A stretch of DNA of 32,000 bases from Parasynechococcus marenigrum WH 8102 (GTDB taxonomy: Bacteria > Cyanobacteriota > Cyanobacteriia > PCC-6307 > Cyanobiaceae). The stretch is taken from positions 930,001-962,000 of the forward strand of contig NC_005070.1 of the NCBI RefSeq assembly GCF_000195975.1, given 5' to 3'. Of this stretch, positions 24,374-32,000 are shown piece after piece. The position numbers and the translations under genes are program-made. How positions within the stretch are numbered: position 1 is the first letter of the stretch; every line of letters begins with the position of its first letter. The notes below the pieces were generated by a model. That model did no database searches, was not told the DNA's origin, and worked only from the letters and a program-made list of their open reading frames with translations.

Positions 24374-25320
24374 TTGACGTATTTTAATTATCCTAGCAAA
24401 TAGGGTGTTGATTTCATTTGTTTATTTCTCTATTCACCTTTTGCTTGGGTTTGTTCACTTCTTTTTTGTTTCCGTCCTGTTCTGTTAGAGGAACTTTATT
24501 TTTTGCACTGTATGAGCGTGTTTTTTAGTTTTTTATCTCTTTTGGTATTGGCGCCTGACTAATAAACCTGATTTATTAACTCTTTTTTGTATTGATTGTT
24601 TTTTCTTAGTCTTTTTCCCGACCTTTTCTTCACTATCTAGATAAAGTACCTTATCGTTTGGTTTTCTCTTTTTCCCCTGCCTTTTTGAAATTTCTTGTAG
24701 TTTCTTTTGGTTTCGCAGCTGACTTTCTTTTTGCCGCAATAAATTTTCCTCTTCGGTTCTTGCATGTGTGTAAATATTTTGCAGTTTTTCTTTTCATTTC
24801 TGTATCTCTTGTTTCCTTGATATGCGTTTATTTGCTATTTATTGCTCTTTCTATTGTGGTTGCAGGTCTATTATTCCAAGGATTTTGTGCTGTTTTTTGT
24901 CGTGTATTGATGTTGCTCTGTTTTGTCTTTTTTCTTGAGTGCAGTTTCTGCGACATGCTCTATGAGGTTCTGTTTCTTGTTTGTCTGTGATTGTCCTGGT
25001 CTTGATCCCTTCTATTTGTTTCTCGTTTCTTTCGTTAATGTCTCCAAGGTATGATTTAAGTTTACTCTTGTTTTAGTGTTTCCTTTTTGGTTTCTACTTA
25101 ATTGATTCTTTCACCTCCCTGTGAATGTATCTTGCGTCGTTCGTAGAACGTTTGATTGACTTTTCGATCGCTTTATTTTTGTCTGCCTAAGTTTTTGGGT
25201 GCTTATAGGCTGAAGGCTTTTCGGTGATGTCTAATTCCTTCCTTTCTTGAGTCATGGTAATTCTATTGTATCGCTTTGATTCCCAGTCGCTGATTTATTT
25301 TGGATCGGTTGGTTTCAACT
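24374..25320. promoter_or_regulatory. ~950-bp non-coding, strongly T-skewed spacer between malQ and the secretion/stator array; probable promoter and 5'-leader region and island edge
   Basis: No credible ORF on either strand; only low-complexity F/L-rich (+) or K-rich (-) frames. A 60-nt spot count at 24421-24480 gave T=35, A=4. No specific -35/-10 pair could be assigned with confidence. Confidence 0.3.
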
Positions 25321-26859
25321 CTAATTTTTTGTCATGTGCTTGGCTCCATTTTTGGAGCGTCCCCAGATCGATCCTCTTTCTCCAAAACCCTGAAGTGCAC
25401 CTTCCACGTTTTTATCAAAGTTCGGTTGACGCCAGTTCCAATTTCCTGTGGATGTCCCTGGTGTGTTGAAACGAGCTGAATCATCTAAGTGAAGCAGATC
25501 CTGCAGTGGGGCGACGACCAGTTCTGCCGATGTTGCAAATGCCATGTCGAGCAACTGCCAAGCCGGTGCGTTCACTGCTCCATTGATTCGACATGTGATT
25601 CGGTTGCGGCTGTCCTGATCAAGTGTGTTCCACCAGCCCAGTGTAGTCGGGTTGTCGTGGGTGCCGGTGTAGACCACCCAACGTCGTCCCTCGATATTTT
25701 CAGGCAGGTATGGGTTGTCGGCCTGTCCATCGAAGGCAAATTGAAGCACTTTCATCCCTCGCAATTTAAAGTTATCGCGTAGCTCCTCTACATCGGGTGT
25801 GATGACCCCTAGGTCTTCAGCAATTAAAGGTAATTCTCCATTGCCATCTTGACGAAGCTTCTTCAGCAGCTCGTTTCCCGGAGACGGCTGCCACTGTCCG
25901 TTTTTAGCTGTCTTGTCTGCTCCGGGGACTGCCCAGTAGGCAGCTAGTGCTCGAAAGTGATCGAGTCGCAACAGGTCCGCTAGCTGGCGTTGTCGTGTGA
26001 ATCGCTGTCTCCACCATCTATAGCGCGTTAAGCGATGTCGTCCCCAGCGATAAACCGGTGAACCCCAGAGCTGTCCGCTTTCGGAGAAGTAGTCAGGAGG
26101 TACGCCACTTTGGGTTGTGAGTTCACCGTTCTCCTTGATGGTGAATAAGTGACGATTGCTCCAGACATCAGCGCTGTCTGCACTGACATAGAACGGCAGA
26201 TCTCCGAACAGTATGACGCCTTTCTCTCGTGCTAGCTCCCTGATTGCATTCCACTGTTGATCCAAGTGCCATTGCTGCAGCTTGATGGCCAGCAGTGCAT
26301 CGGCATGATCACGTTTCCATTCACGCAGCGCCTTGCGGTTGTTACTTGCAAGCCCATCAGGCCAGGTCCACCAGGCTTCACCCTGCTGTTCATGCAGAAC
26401 GCTGAAGCAGGCGTGAGCTTCCAGCCACGGCTGTTTTTTGCACCAACGTTCAAACGTCTGGTGATGATTGGTCGGCTGCTTCGGCCATCCTTTGAGCAGT
26501 GTTTGGGCAAGGGCGCCGCTTCGCTGTTGGGCCAGGCCAAAGTCCAATCTCTCGACGCCACTGCTTGGTTCACTCGCTCCAGGTAAGTCTTGGCAATCCT
26601 GCTCACTGATGAAGCCATCCCGGCGAAGTTCCTCGGCATCAAGAAACCAGGGATTCAGCGCGAAGCTGGAGGGTGAGTTGTAAGGCGAGCCGGTTCCGTC
26701 AGGAGGTGCAAGTGGCAGAAGTTGCCACACGCCGATGTTGTTGTCCGCCAGCAGATTGATCCAACGGCGGCATGGTTCTCCGAAGCTTCCGCAGACTGCA
26801 CTCCCAGGAAGTGCTGTGGGATGTAGAAGCACCCCTGTGCTTCGGGATGGAGTCGTCAT
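25321..26859 (-). CDS. malQ: 4-alpha-glucanotransferase (amylomaltase, GH77)
   Basis: 512 aa. GH77 hallmarks: GVLLHPTALPG, SPYNSPSSFALNPWF, LFGDLPFYV, RLDHFRALAAYWAVP, IAEDLGVITPDV, YTGTHDNPT, NTPGTSTGNWNWR. ATG at 26857-26859. Confidence 0.92.
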   Translation of the reverse strand: MTTPSRSTGVLLHPTALPGSAVCGSFGEPCRRWINLLADNNIGVWQLLPLAPPDGTGSPYNSPSSFALNPWFLDAEELRRDGFISEQDCQDLPGASEPSSGVERLDFGLAQQRSGALAQTLLKGWPKQPTNHHQTFERWCKKQPWLEAHACFSVLHEQQGEAWWTWPDGLASNNRKALREWKRDHADALLAIKLQQWHLDQQWNAIRELAREKGVILFGDLPFYVSADSADVWSNRHLFTIKENGELTTQSGVPPDYFSESGQLWGSPVYRWGRHRLTRYRWWRQRFTRQRQLADLLRLDHFRALAAYWAVPGADKTAKNGQWQPSPGNELLKKLRQDGNGELPLIAEDLGVITPDVEELRDNFKLRGMKVLQFAFDGQADNPYLPENIEGRRWVVYTGTHDNPTTLGWWNTLDQDSRNRITCRINGAVNAPAWQLLDMAFATSAELVVAPLQDLLHLDDSARFNTPGTSTGNWNWRQPNFDKNVEGALQGFGERGSIWGRSKNGAKHMTKN

Positions 26860-26900
26860 TTTTGCCGTCGGAGCTCCGATCTGATCTCAGCATGGCTGCG

Positions 26901-27929
26901 TCAGAACAAAGCTGCATCGCCGAGGTCCTGTCCCGCCATGCCATCCCGCACCACCCGTTCAAAGAACCGCTCCAGGGTGTCTTCTCCGTAGGAGGGGGTG
27001 GCATCGGCGTCGTAGCACTGACGCTCGGGATCCCACACCAACATCGACTCAGCTGCGTAGTAACGCCCGATGCGTCCGAATTCGGCGGTGTCCTGAAGCC
27101 CGGGGAACAGTCGGGACAGTCCCTCCAGCAGAGCGATTGGACCGTCCATCAGGGCAATGGGAACCGAGAGCATTCGCGGGGGGCGCCCCAAGGCGCGGAA
27201 GAGCATTTCTCCCTGTTGTTTGGCGCTGAGGGCTGGCCCTGGCCCGCCGATGGGCAGCACCTGATTGCGTTTGTCCTCATCCCGGAGGCAATCGGCCATG
27301 AACCGGGCCAGGTCGGCTTCGCTGATCGGCTTGCAGCTGGCCAGTTCTCCGCCTCCGAACATCACATAGGGCCCCCCTTTGCGGCAGCTTTCCACCTGCC
27401 CACCCAGACTTTTGAAGAAGGCGGTGGGCCGGACGATCGAATGGGTCATCTCCCCATCGGCCTGCAGTTCCGCTTCAAAGGCCAGTTTCGCCTTCTGGAA
27501 TTCCAGCAGCGGTTTCTGCACGCAGATCGCCGAGAGCAGCACGTAATGAGCCACGCCAGCCCGTCGTCCCTCCCGGTAGGTGTTGAGGGTGGCCTGGTGA
27601 TCAATCGCCCAGGAGTCATTGCGGCCTCCGGTGCGTGACGCCAGACAGGAGACCACCACATCCGTGGGTTGGTTGAAGGCCTCGGCAGCAATGGAGGCGG
27701 GGTCGGTGACGTCGCCAAAGCGGACCTCAGCGCCCTTGTGATCGATGATCACCTGCTCCTGGCTCTGGCGCCCCCCGATGCCACTACGTTCGCGGGCGAA
27801 GGCCACCACCTGGTAACCCCGTTCCACCAGCTCTTGCACAACAAAACGACCGATGTAGCCGGTGGCTCCGAACACCACCACCCGCACCTGTTCAGGGGGG
27901 CGGCTGCGGAAGTCGTGACGCAGAGCCAT
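26901..27929 (-). CDS. dvr: Plant-type 3,8-divinyl (proto)chlorophyllide a 8-vinyl reductase (NAD(P)-dependent SDR-like)
   Basis: Rossmann motif and context VRVVVFGATGYIGRFVVQELVERGYQVVAFARERSGIGGR closely resemble plant DVR/PCB2-type reductases known to occur in marine Synechococcus. The ORF track extends the frame to 28037, but the ATG at 27927-27929 (MALRHDF..) precedes the conserved core and avoids overlap with the divergent gene starting at 27986. Confidence 0.8.
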   Translation of the reverse strand: MALRHDFRSRPPEQVRVVVFGATGYIGRFVVQELVERGYQVVAFARERSGIGGRQSQEQVIIDHKGAEVRFGDVTDPASIAAEAFNQPTDVVVSCLASRTGGRNDSWAIDHQATLNTYREGRRAGVAHYVLLSAICVQKPLLEFQKAKLAFEAELQADGEMTHSIVRPTAFFKSLGGQVESCRKGGPYVMFGGGELASCKPISEADLARFMADCLRDEDKRNQVLPIGGPGPALSAKQQGEMLFRALGRPPRMLSVPIALMDGPIALLEGLSRLFPGLQDTAEFGRIGRYYAAESMLVWDPERQCYDADATPSYGEDTLERFFERVVRDGMAGQDLGDAALF

Positions 27930-27985
27930 GGTGCTCGGGACTGGACAACTGGGCGAAACTAGGCGCCGTAGCCCGCCTGGGGACG

Positions 27986-28945
27986 ATGACGCCCACCCAA
28001 CCGAAGCGGTTGATGCCCTGGTTGGGCCGTCATCCACTGCGGACCGTTCTGCGACTTGCCGCAGCTGTGGTGGGCCTTGGTGCCACCGGTTGGCTGCTCA
28101 GCACGGTTTGGCCAGAGCCGGACCAGGTGGCCCGAACGGAGCCGGTCGCTGCCGACAACCCCACCAATCTGGCGCCCTTGCCTCTGGGGCCGGTGACGCT
28201 GTTGGTGGTGGGAATCGATGCGGATCAGACTAACGATCCCGTGAACAATGCAGCGCCGCGGGGACGTGCCAACGCCGATGCCGTGATGGTGGTGCAGATC
28301 GACGCCCAACAGCCGCTGCGGGTGCTCCAGGTTCCGGTCGAACTGGCCCTTCAGCTCCCCGGTCAGACGACGCCCGTCAAGCTCGGCAGCATCTGGCAGA
28401 CGGGTGGTGTTGCCCTGCTGAGCGATGCGATCCGGGAACTCGTCGGTCTGCCGGCTGATCAACCGCACCGCTACGTGGTGGTCCCTCGGCGGGTGCTGCG
28501 CTCCCTCGTGGACGGCCTCGGGGACCTCGACGTGATCCTGAATGCCTCGTTCCAACGGACGGACAAGGCACAGAACTACACCGTCAATCTTCAGGCCGGC
28601 CGCCAGAGTCTCAACGGTGCTCAGGCTGAGCAGCTGGCGCGCTACCTCAAGGATTCTCTTGATGATCCCAACCGTCGCCTGCGGCAGCAGTTGCTGATCC
28701 GAGCCGTGGTGGAGCAGTTCAAAGGACCAGGGGTGATGGGCAAAATCCCTGGGTTGGTGGATGTAGCCGCCAGTGCTGTGGAGACGAACCTCTCCAACCC
28801 AGAGATGCTCAGCCTTGCGGCGGCTGTCCTGTCCAGTCCGTCATCGGTGAACATTCAACAGCTGCCTCTGGCCAAGCGGGCCGGGAAGCAGGTGCTGCGT
28901 CAGATCAAGGCTGGTGAGCCCCTGCCCCTTTGGCCGCGGCTGTGA
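27986..28945 (+). CDS. LytR/CpsA/Psr (LCP)-family cell-envelope protein
   Basis: 319 aa. N-terminal TM LRLAAAVVGLGATGWLL. LCP-like core: TLLVVGIDAD....RANADAVMVVQID.....RVLQVPVEL..QLPG....KLGSIW.TGGVALL.DAI.ELVGL..D.YVVV.RRVL..LVDGLGDLDV. Several canonical Arg/Asp positions look substituted. Confidence 0.6.
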   Translation: MTPTQPKRLMPWLGRHPLRTVLRLAAAVVGLGATGWLLSTVWPEPDQVARTEPVAADNPTNLAPLPLGPVTLLVVGIDADQTNDPVNNAAPRGRANADAVMVVQIDAQQPLRVLQVPVELALQLPGQTTPVKLGSIWQTGGVALLSDAIRELVGLPADQPHRYVVVPRRVLRSLVDGLGDLDVILNASFQRTDKAQNYTVNLQAGRQSLNGAQAEQLARYLKDSLDDPNRRLRQQLLIRAVVEQFKGPGVMGKIPGLVDVAASAVETNLSNPEMLSLAAAVLSSPSSVNIQQLPLAKRAGKQVLRQIKAGEPLPLWPRL

Positions 28946-29459
28946 CGCAGCGTCGGTTCAGTTCCTGCACCAGATGATCGAGGGCGAGCTCCCGTTCAAG
29001 GGCGTCGGCTGCAGGAATCCAGCCCATCCAGGGGAGACCATCCCTGCGGCGTTGCAGTCGGTTCCACTGTGATCCGATCTGGACCAGTCCGATGAGGGGC
29101 GCACCGAGTTGATGGCAGAGGGCGGTGTAGGCCGCCGCTGAGCCAGCAATGTCACCGCCTGTTCCCCCGGCGACCATCAGCAGGATTGGTTGGCGCCAGT
29201 CGGCCAGGGCGTCAAGCCAGCAGCCCCCCTCCGGCCTCTGTCGCGCCACATCTCCGCAGAAACGGATCAGGCCCTGCTGAGCCGATGGTTTCGACAGCGT
29301 TTCCTGCGGCGATTCGCCTTCGCTGATGTGGCTCAGCTCCAGCCCCCAGCGATCGGACAGGGCTGTGCTGGCCTCGCGCATCAGCAGCTCCGGCAGGGGG
29401 CCTGCACCCACCAACAGCGGAACATCTGTGGACATGGGGGTCCTGCTCACCACTACCAT
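28905..29459 (-). CDS. Conserved hypothetical protein (176-184 aa)
   Basis: GC-rich frame with codon bias matching its neighbours. Two in-frame ATGs (29459 and 29435, the latter giving MSTDVPLLVG..). The 3' end overlaps the convergent LCP gene by 41 nt. No motif I can name. Confidence 0.5.
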   Translation of the reverse strand: MVVVSRTPMSTDVPLLVGAGPLPELLMREASTALSDRWGLELSHISEGESPQETLSKPSAQQGLIRFCGDVARQRPEGGCWLDALADWRQPILLMVAGGTGGDIAGSAAAYTALCHQLGAPLIGLVQIGSQWNRLQRRRDGLPWMGWIPAADALERELALDHLVQELNRRCVTAAAKGAGAHQP

Positions 29460-29491
29460 CGGATTACAGCAAACTTCGTCCCGCGGGCGCC

Positions 29492-30487
29492 GTGACCAGT
29501 TTTCTGACCGCAGCCCGCGCTGAACAGGAAAAGCTCACACCGGACACGCGCCGGTTGCGCTTGTTCAGCGGTACCTCCAATCCTGGGCTGGCCAGGGAGA
29601 TCGCCGCATATCTGGGTGTTCCTGATGGCCCCCGGGTGTGCAAACGCTTCGCCGATGGCGAGCTCTACGTGCAGATCCAGGAGTCCATCCGGGGCTGCGA
29701 TGTGTTTCTGATCCAGCCCACCTGCGCTCCGGTGAATGATCACCTGATGGAGCTGCTGATCATGGTGGATGCCTGCCGTCGGGCCTCGGCGCGTCAGATC
29801 ACCGCAGTGGTGCCGTATTACGGCTACGCCCGCGCCGACCGCAAGACGGCGGGGCGTGAATCGATCACTGCCAAGCTCACCGCCAACCTGCTGGTGAAAT
29901 CCGGCGTGGATCGGGTGCTGGCGATGGATCTGCACTCAGCTCAGATTCAGGGTTACTTCGACATTCCCTGTGATCACATCTACGGCTCACCGGTGTTGGT
30001 GGATTACCTCTCCACGCAGAACCTCGACGACATTGTCGTGGTGTCACCGGATGTGGGCGGTGTGGCCAGGGCCCGGGCCTTCGCCAAACAGATGAACGAT
30101 GCGCCATTGGCGATCATCGATAAGCGCCGCACGGGCCACAATCTGGCCGAAAGTCTCACGGTGATCGGCGACGTCTCCGGCCGTACGGCGATCCTGATCG
30201 ACGACATGATCGACACCGGTGGCACCATCTGCGCCGGTGCCAGGCTTCTTCGCCAGCAGGGTGCAAAACGGGTGATCGCCTGTGCCACTCATGCGGTGTT
30301 TTCGCCCCCGGCCAGTGAACGCCTCTCGGCCGATGGACTGTTCGAGCAGGTGGTCGTGACCAACAGCATCCCGATTCAGCAGGAGCGAACCTTCCCTCAG
30401 CTTCAGGTGCTCTCAGTTGCCAACATGCTGGGCGAAGCCATCTGGCGCATCCACGAGGAGAGTTCCGTCAGTTCGATGTTCCGTTAA
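29492..30487 (+). CDS. prs: Ribose-phosphate pyrophosphokinase (PRPP synthetase)
   Basis: 331 aa, GTG start. RLFSGTSNPGLAREIAAYLG, DGELYVQIQESIRGCDVFLIQPT, VVPYYGYARADRK, PRPP loop LIDDMIDTGGTI. Confidence 0.93.
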   Translation: MTSFLTAARAEQEKLTPDTRRLRLFSGTSNPGLAREIAAYLGVPDGPRVCKRFADGELYVQIQESIRGCDVFLIQPTCAPVNDHLMELLIMVDACRRASARQITAVVPYYGYARADRKTAGRESITAKLTANLLVKSGVDRVLAMDLHSAQIQGYFDIPCDHIYGSPVLVDYLSTQNLDDIVVVSPDVGGVARARAFAKQMNDAPLAIIDKRRTGHNLAESLTVIGDVSGRTAILIDDMIDTGGTICAGARLLRQQGAKRVIACATHAVFSPPASERLSADGLFEQVVVTNSIPIQQERTFPQLQVLSVANMLGEAIWRIHEESSVSSMFR

Positions 30488-31613
30488 GGCCGCAGGCCTG
30501 GCTCTGGGTCTGCTGCTGGCGTCGCCGGCTCTGGCGGAGTCGCGGATTGAGCGGTTGCTGCCGCGACGCACAACCATGGGGGTGTGGCTGACCAACAGCC
30601 CCAGCAAGCTTTACTACAGCCGCGAGCGGATCACGGCCGCACTGGATCAACTGCAGCAGGCCGGTTTCAATCGCGTGGTGCCCAATGTTTGGAGCCGCGG
30701 CACCACGTTTCACCAAAGTCGCTTTGCACCGGTGGAGCCGCCGCTCGTGAAGGCAGGTGTGGAGGTGGATCCGATTTGCACGCTGGCGGAGGAGGGCCGC
30801 AAGCGAGGCATCAAGGTGATGCCCTGGTTCGAGTACGGCCTGATGGAACCGGCCGACGCCGCCGTTGTCCGGGGGCACCCCGAGTGGGTGTTGGCCAAAG
30901 CCGATGGTCAGCGCTGGATGGCGATGCATGGGAATCACCGCATGGCCTGGCTCAACCCGGCGCATCCGGAGGTGCGAGAACGGTTCATCGGCCTGGTCGT
31001 GGAGACGTTGAAGCGCTGTCCGATGGATGGTCTGCAGCTGGATGACCACTTCGCCTGGCCGGTGCAGTTCGGCTACGACCCCTACACCGTTGAGCTGTAC
31101 CGGCAGCAGACCGGATCAGCACCCCCGCGTGACCACACCAACCGAATGTGGATGAGCTGGCGTCGCCGTCAGCTCACAGCGTTGCTGCGGGACTTGCGGG
31201 AACGATTGGAGCAGGAGGACCTTTCCACGACGATCAGCCTGTCGCCGGGACCGTTCCGGCATGCCTACAACCTTTGGCTTCAGGACTGGGAACTGTGGGC
31301 ATTGGGGGAGTTGATCGACGAGTTGGTGGTGCAGAACTACGCCTATTCCGTGAACGGGTTTGCCCGCGATCTCGACCAACCGGCGTTGCGCAAGGCCCGC
31401 GACTGGCGGATCCCAACCCAGATCGGAATCCTGGCGGGGTTCGGACGACGCACCACGTCTATCGGCGATCTGGAGCAGAAGGTTCGCCTGGCCCGTGAAC
31501 GCGGTTACGGCGTGATCTTCTTTTACTGGGAGGGCCTCTGGGGTCGGCATGTGCCGGAGACCAACCGCCAGCATCGCTTTGATTCCTTCCGGTTGCTGGG
31601 GCGTGAGGACTGA
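30417..31613 (+). CDS. Glycoside-hydrolase-like family 10 (GHL10/DUF187, YngK-like) protein, probably exported
   Basis: MGVWLTNSPSKLYYSRERITAALDQLQQAGFNRVVPNVWSRGTTFHQSRF...RGIKVMPWFEYGL..NPAHPEVRE.. fits the GHL10 TIM-barrel pattern. The only start that retains the signal-like AAGLALGLLLASPALA|ES segment is the TTG at 30417, which overlaps prs by 71 nt. An ATG at the MGVWL position would remove the signal peptide, so the start is uncertain. Confidence 0.6.
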   Translation: MPTCWAKPSGASTRRVPSVRCSVKAAGLALGLLLASPALAESRIERLLPRRTTMGVWLTNSPSKLYYSRERITAALDQLQQAGFNRVVPNVWSRGTTFHQSRFAPVEPPLVKAGVEVDPICTLAEEGRKRGIKVMPWFEYGLMEPADAAVVRGHPEWVLAKADGQRWMAMHGNHRMAWLNPAHPEVRERFIGLVVETLKRCPMDGLQLDDHFAWPVQFGYDPYTVELYRQQTGSAPPRDHTNRMWMSWRRRQLTALLRDLRERLEQEDLSTTISLSPGPFRHAYNLWLQDWELWALGELIDELVVQNYAYSVNGFARDLDQPALRKARDWRIPTQIGILAGFGRRTTSIGDLEQKVRLARERGYGVIFFYWEGLWGRHVPETNRQHRFDSFRLLGRED

Positions 31614-31616
31614 GCC

Positions 31617-31850
31617 TTGACGGAGATCGAGCTCAACCGACTGCGCGCAAAGTTGCGGCGCCTGGCATTCACCGAGGAGGCGATTGATCGCACCCTGCGG
31701 CGATTTCAGAGGGATCTGGAGACCTTTGCGTCCGCCAGCCGGATCATCGAGGGCCTGGAGCGTAATAATCCAGAACAGCAGGTGCTGCAAGCCCTGGCCT
31801 GTGGCCTGATCGCGGCTGTGTTGGGCGGATGGTTTGCCACTGTGTATTAG
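31617..31850 (+). CDS. Small hypothetical protein (77 aa) with C-terminal hydrophobic helix
   Basis: TTG start 3 nt after the previous stop. GC-rich codon usage. C-terminus LACGLIAAVLGGWFATVY. Confidence 0.4.
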   Translation: MTEIELNRLRAKLRRLAFTEEAIDRTLRRFQRDLETFASASRIIEGLERNNPEQQVLQALACGLIAAVLGGWFATVY

Positions 31851-31874
31851 CTGATGCGTTGGTGCTGATGGCGA

Positions 31875-32000
31875 TCAGGGGCGTTTGAACAGCAACAGCC
31901 CTACACAGAGCACGCCAATCAAAGGGCCAGGGGGGAGATCCGCGACAACCGCGAGCATCATGCCGCCGCCACAGAGCAGCAGGCCTGTTCCCGCAGAGCG
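31875..32000 (-). CDS. 3' end of a membrane-protein gene running off the window (5'-partial)
   Basis: My manual reverse-complement translation is open from the window edge: RSAGTGLLLCGGGMMLAVVADLPPGPLIGVLCVGLLLFKRP*, with stop TGA = tca at 31875-31877. Hydrophobic. Not in the supplied ORF track. Confidence 0.35.
   Translation of the reverse strand, partial: RSAGTGLLLCGGGMMLAVVADLPPGPLIGVLCVGLLLFKRP

Larger units (their letters stand above)
1..25320. other. Low-GC accessory island (right-hand part); boundary with GC-rich core genome at ~25.3 kb
   Basis: Spot GC counts: 42% (nt 1-60), 42% (16561-16620), 35% (24421-24480), versus 67% (28021-28080). All ten island frames share the AT-rich codon usage. 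All core-side genes are GC-rich with the usual antisense shadow ORFs. Confidence 0.85.

Noticed and set aside
24533-24990. 68-aa Lys-rich minus-strand ORF (24533-24739) and 110-aa F/L-rich plus-strand ORF (24658-24990) in the T-skewed spacer
   Set aside because: They are mutually overlapping low-complexity frames produced by the T/A skew. My hand translation of the neighbouring minus strand showed frequent stops in all frames, so there is no evidence of a longer decayed gene.
24374-25480. Looked for a tRNA/tmRNA gene, att-like direct repeat, integrase or transposase marking the island junction
   Set aside because: I could not recognise any cloverleaf-capable GC-rich ~75-nt segment or recombinase ORF. 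The other island end is outside the window, so direct repeats cannot be tested.
26232-31790. Many long ORFs antisense or out of frame to the core genes (e.g. 26772-27638 +, 27959-28555 -, 29453-29935 -, 30468-31049 -, 31116-31790 -, 30584-31045 +)
   Set aside because: These are typical stop-codon-poor shadow frames of ~65% GC DNA. Their translations are Arg/Pro/Gly/Ala-rich with no motifs. Each overlaps a gene with clear family signatures (malQ, dvr, LCP, prs, GHL10).

Overview
The window joins two very different kinds of DNA. All homology statements below are by-eye motif recognition; no searches were run.

**Composition**
- Nt 1 to ~25,320 is AT-rich. My spot counts of single 60-nt lines gave ~35-42% GC. 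This part carries an accessory locus.
- Nt ~25,320-32,000 is GC-rich (~65% in spot counts). Its proteins look like core genes of a marine Synechococcus-type picocyanobacterium: GH77 MalQ, a plant-type divinyl reductase, an LCP-family protein, PRPP synthetase and a GHL10/DUF187 protein.

**Accessory part**
- It holds the 3' 15.5 kb of a giant surface-protein gene of the SwmB type. 5,170 codons are visible and the 5' end lies outside the window. The protein is highly repetitive and has only one Cys.
- Convergent to it is an eight-gene minus-strand array with tiny or overlapping junctions:
  - a parvulin-like protein;
  - a cNMP-binding / degenerate-C39 / ABC exporter;
  - an HlyD-type membrane-fusion protein (with the exporter, a type I secretion core);
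  - a 107-aa unknown;
  - a translationally coupled set of a MotA/TolQ/ExbB-like channel, two ExbD/TolR-like proteins and a small secreted HExxH protein.

**Main hypothesis (inference)**
The stator-like ion-channel module, the T1SS and the giant protein form one co-acquired apparatus. It could be the energy-coupling part of the non-flagellar swimming or surface-protein machinery.

**Other notable structure**
- a 381-bp near-identical tandem array;
- a 669-bp two-domain super-repeat;
- a dispersed Gly-rich ~45-aa motif;
- 14-aa acidic repeats near the C-terminus;
- two strongly T-skewed non-coding spacers;
- a sharp compositional boundary at the malQ 3' end, with no tRNA or integrase visible.
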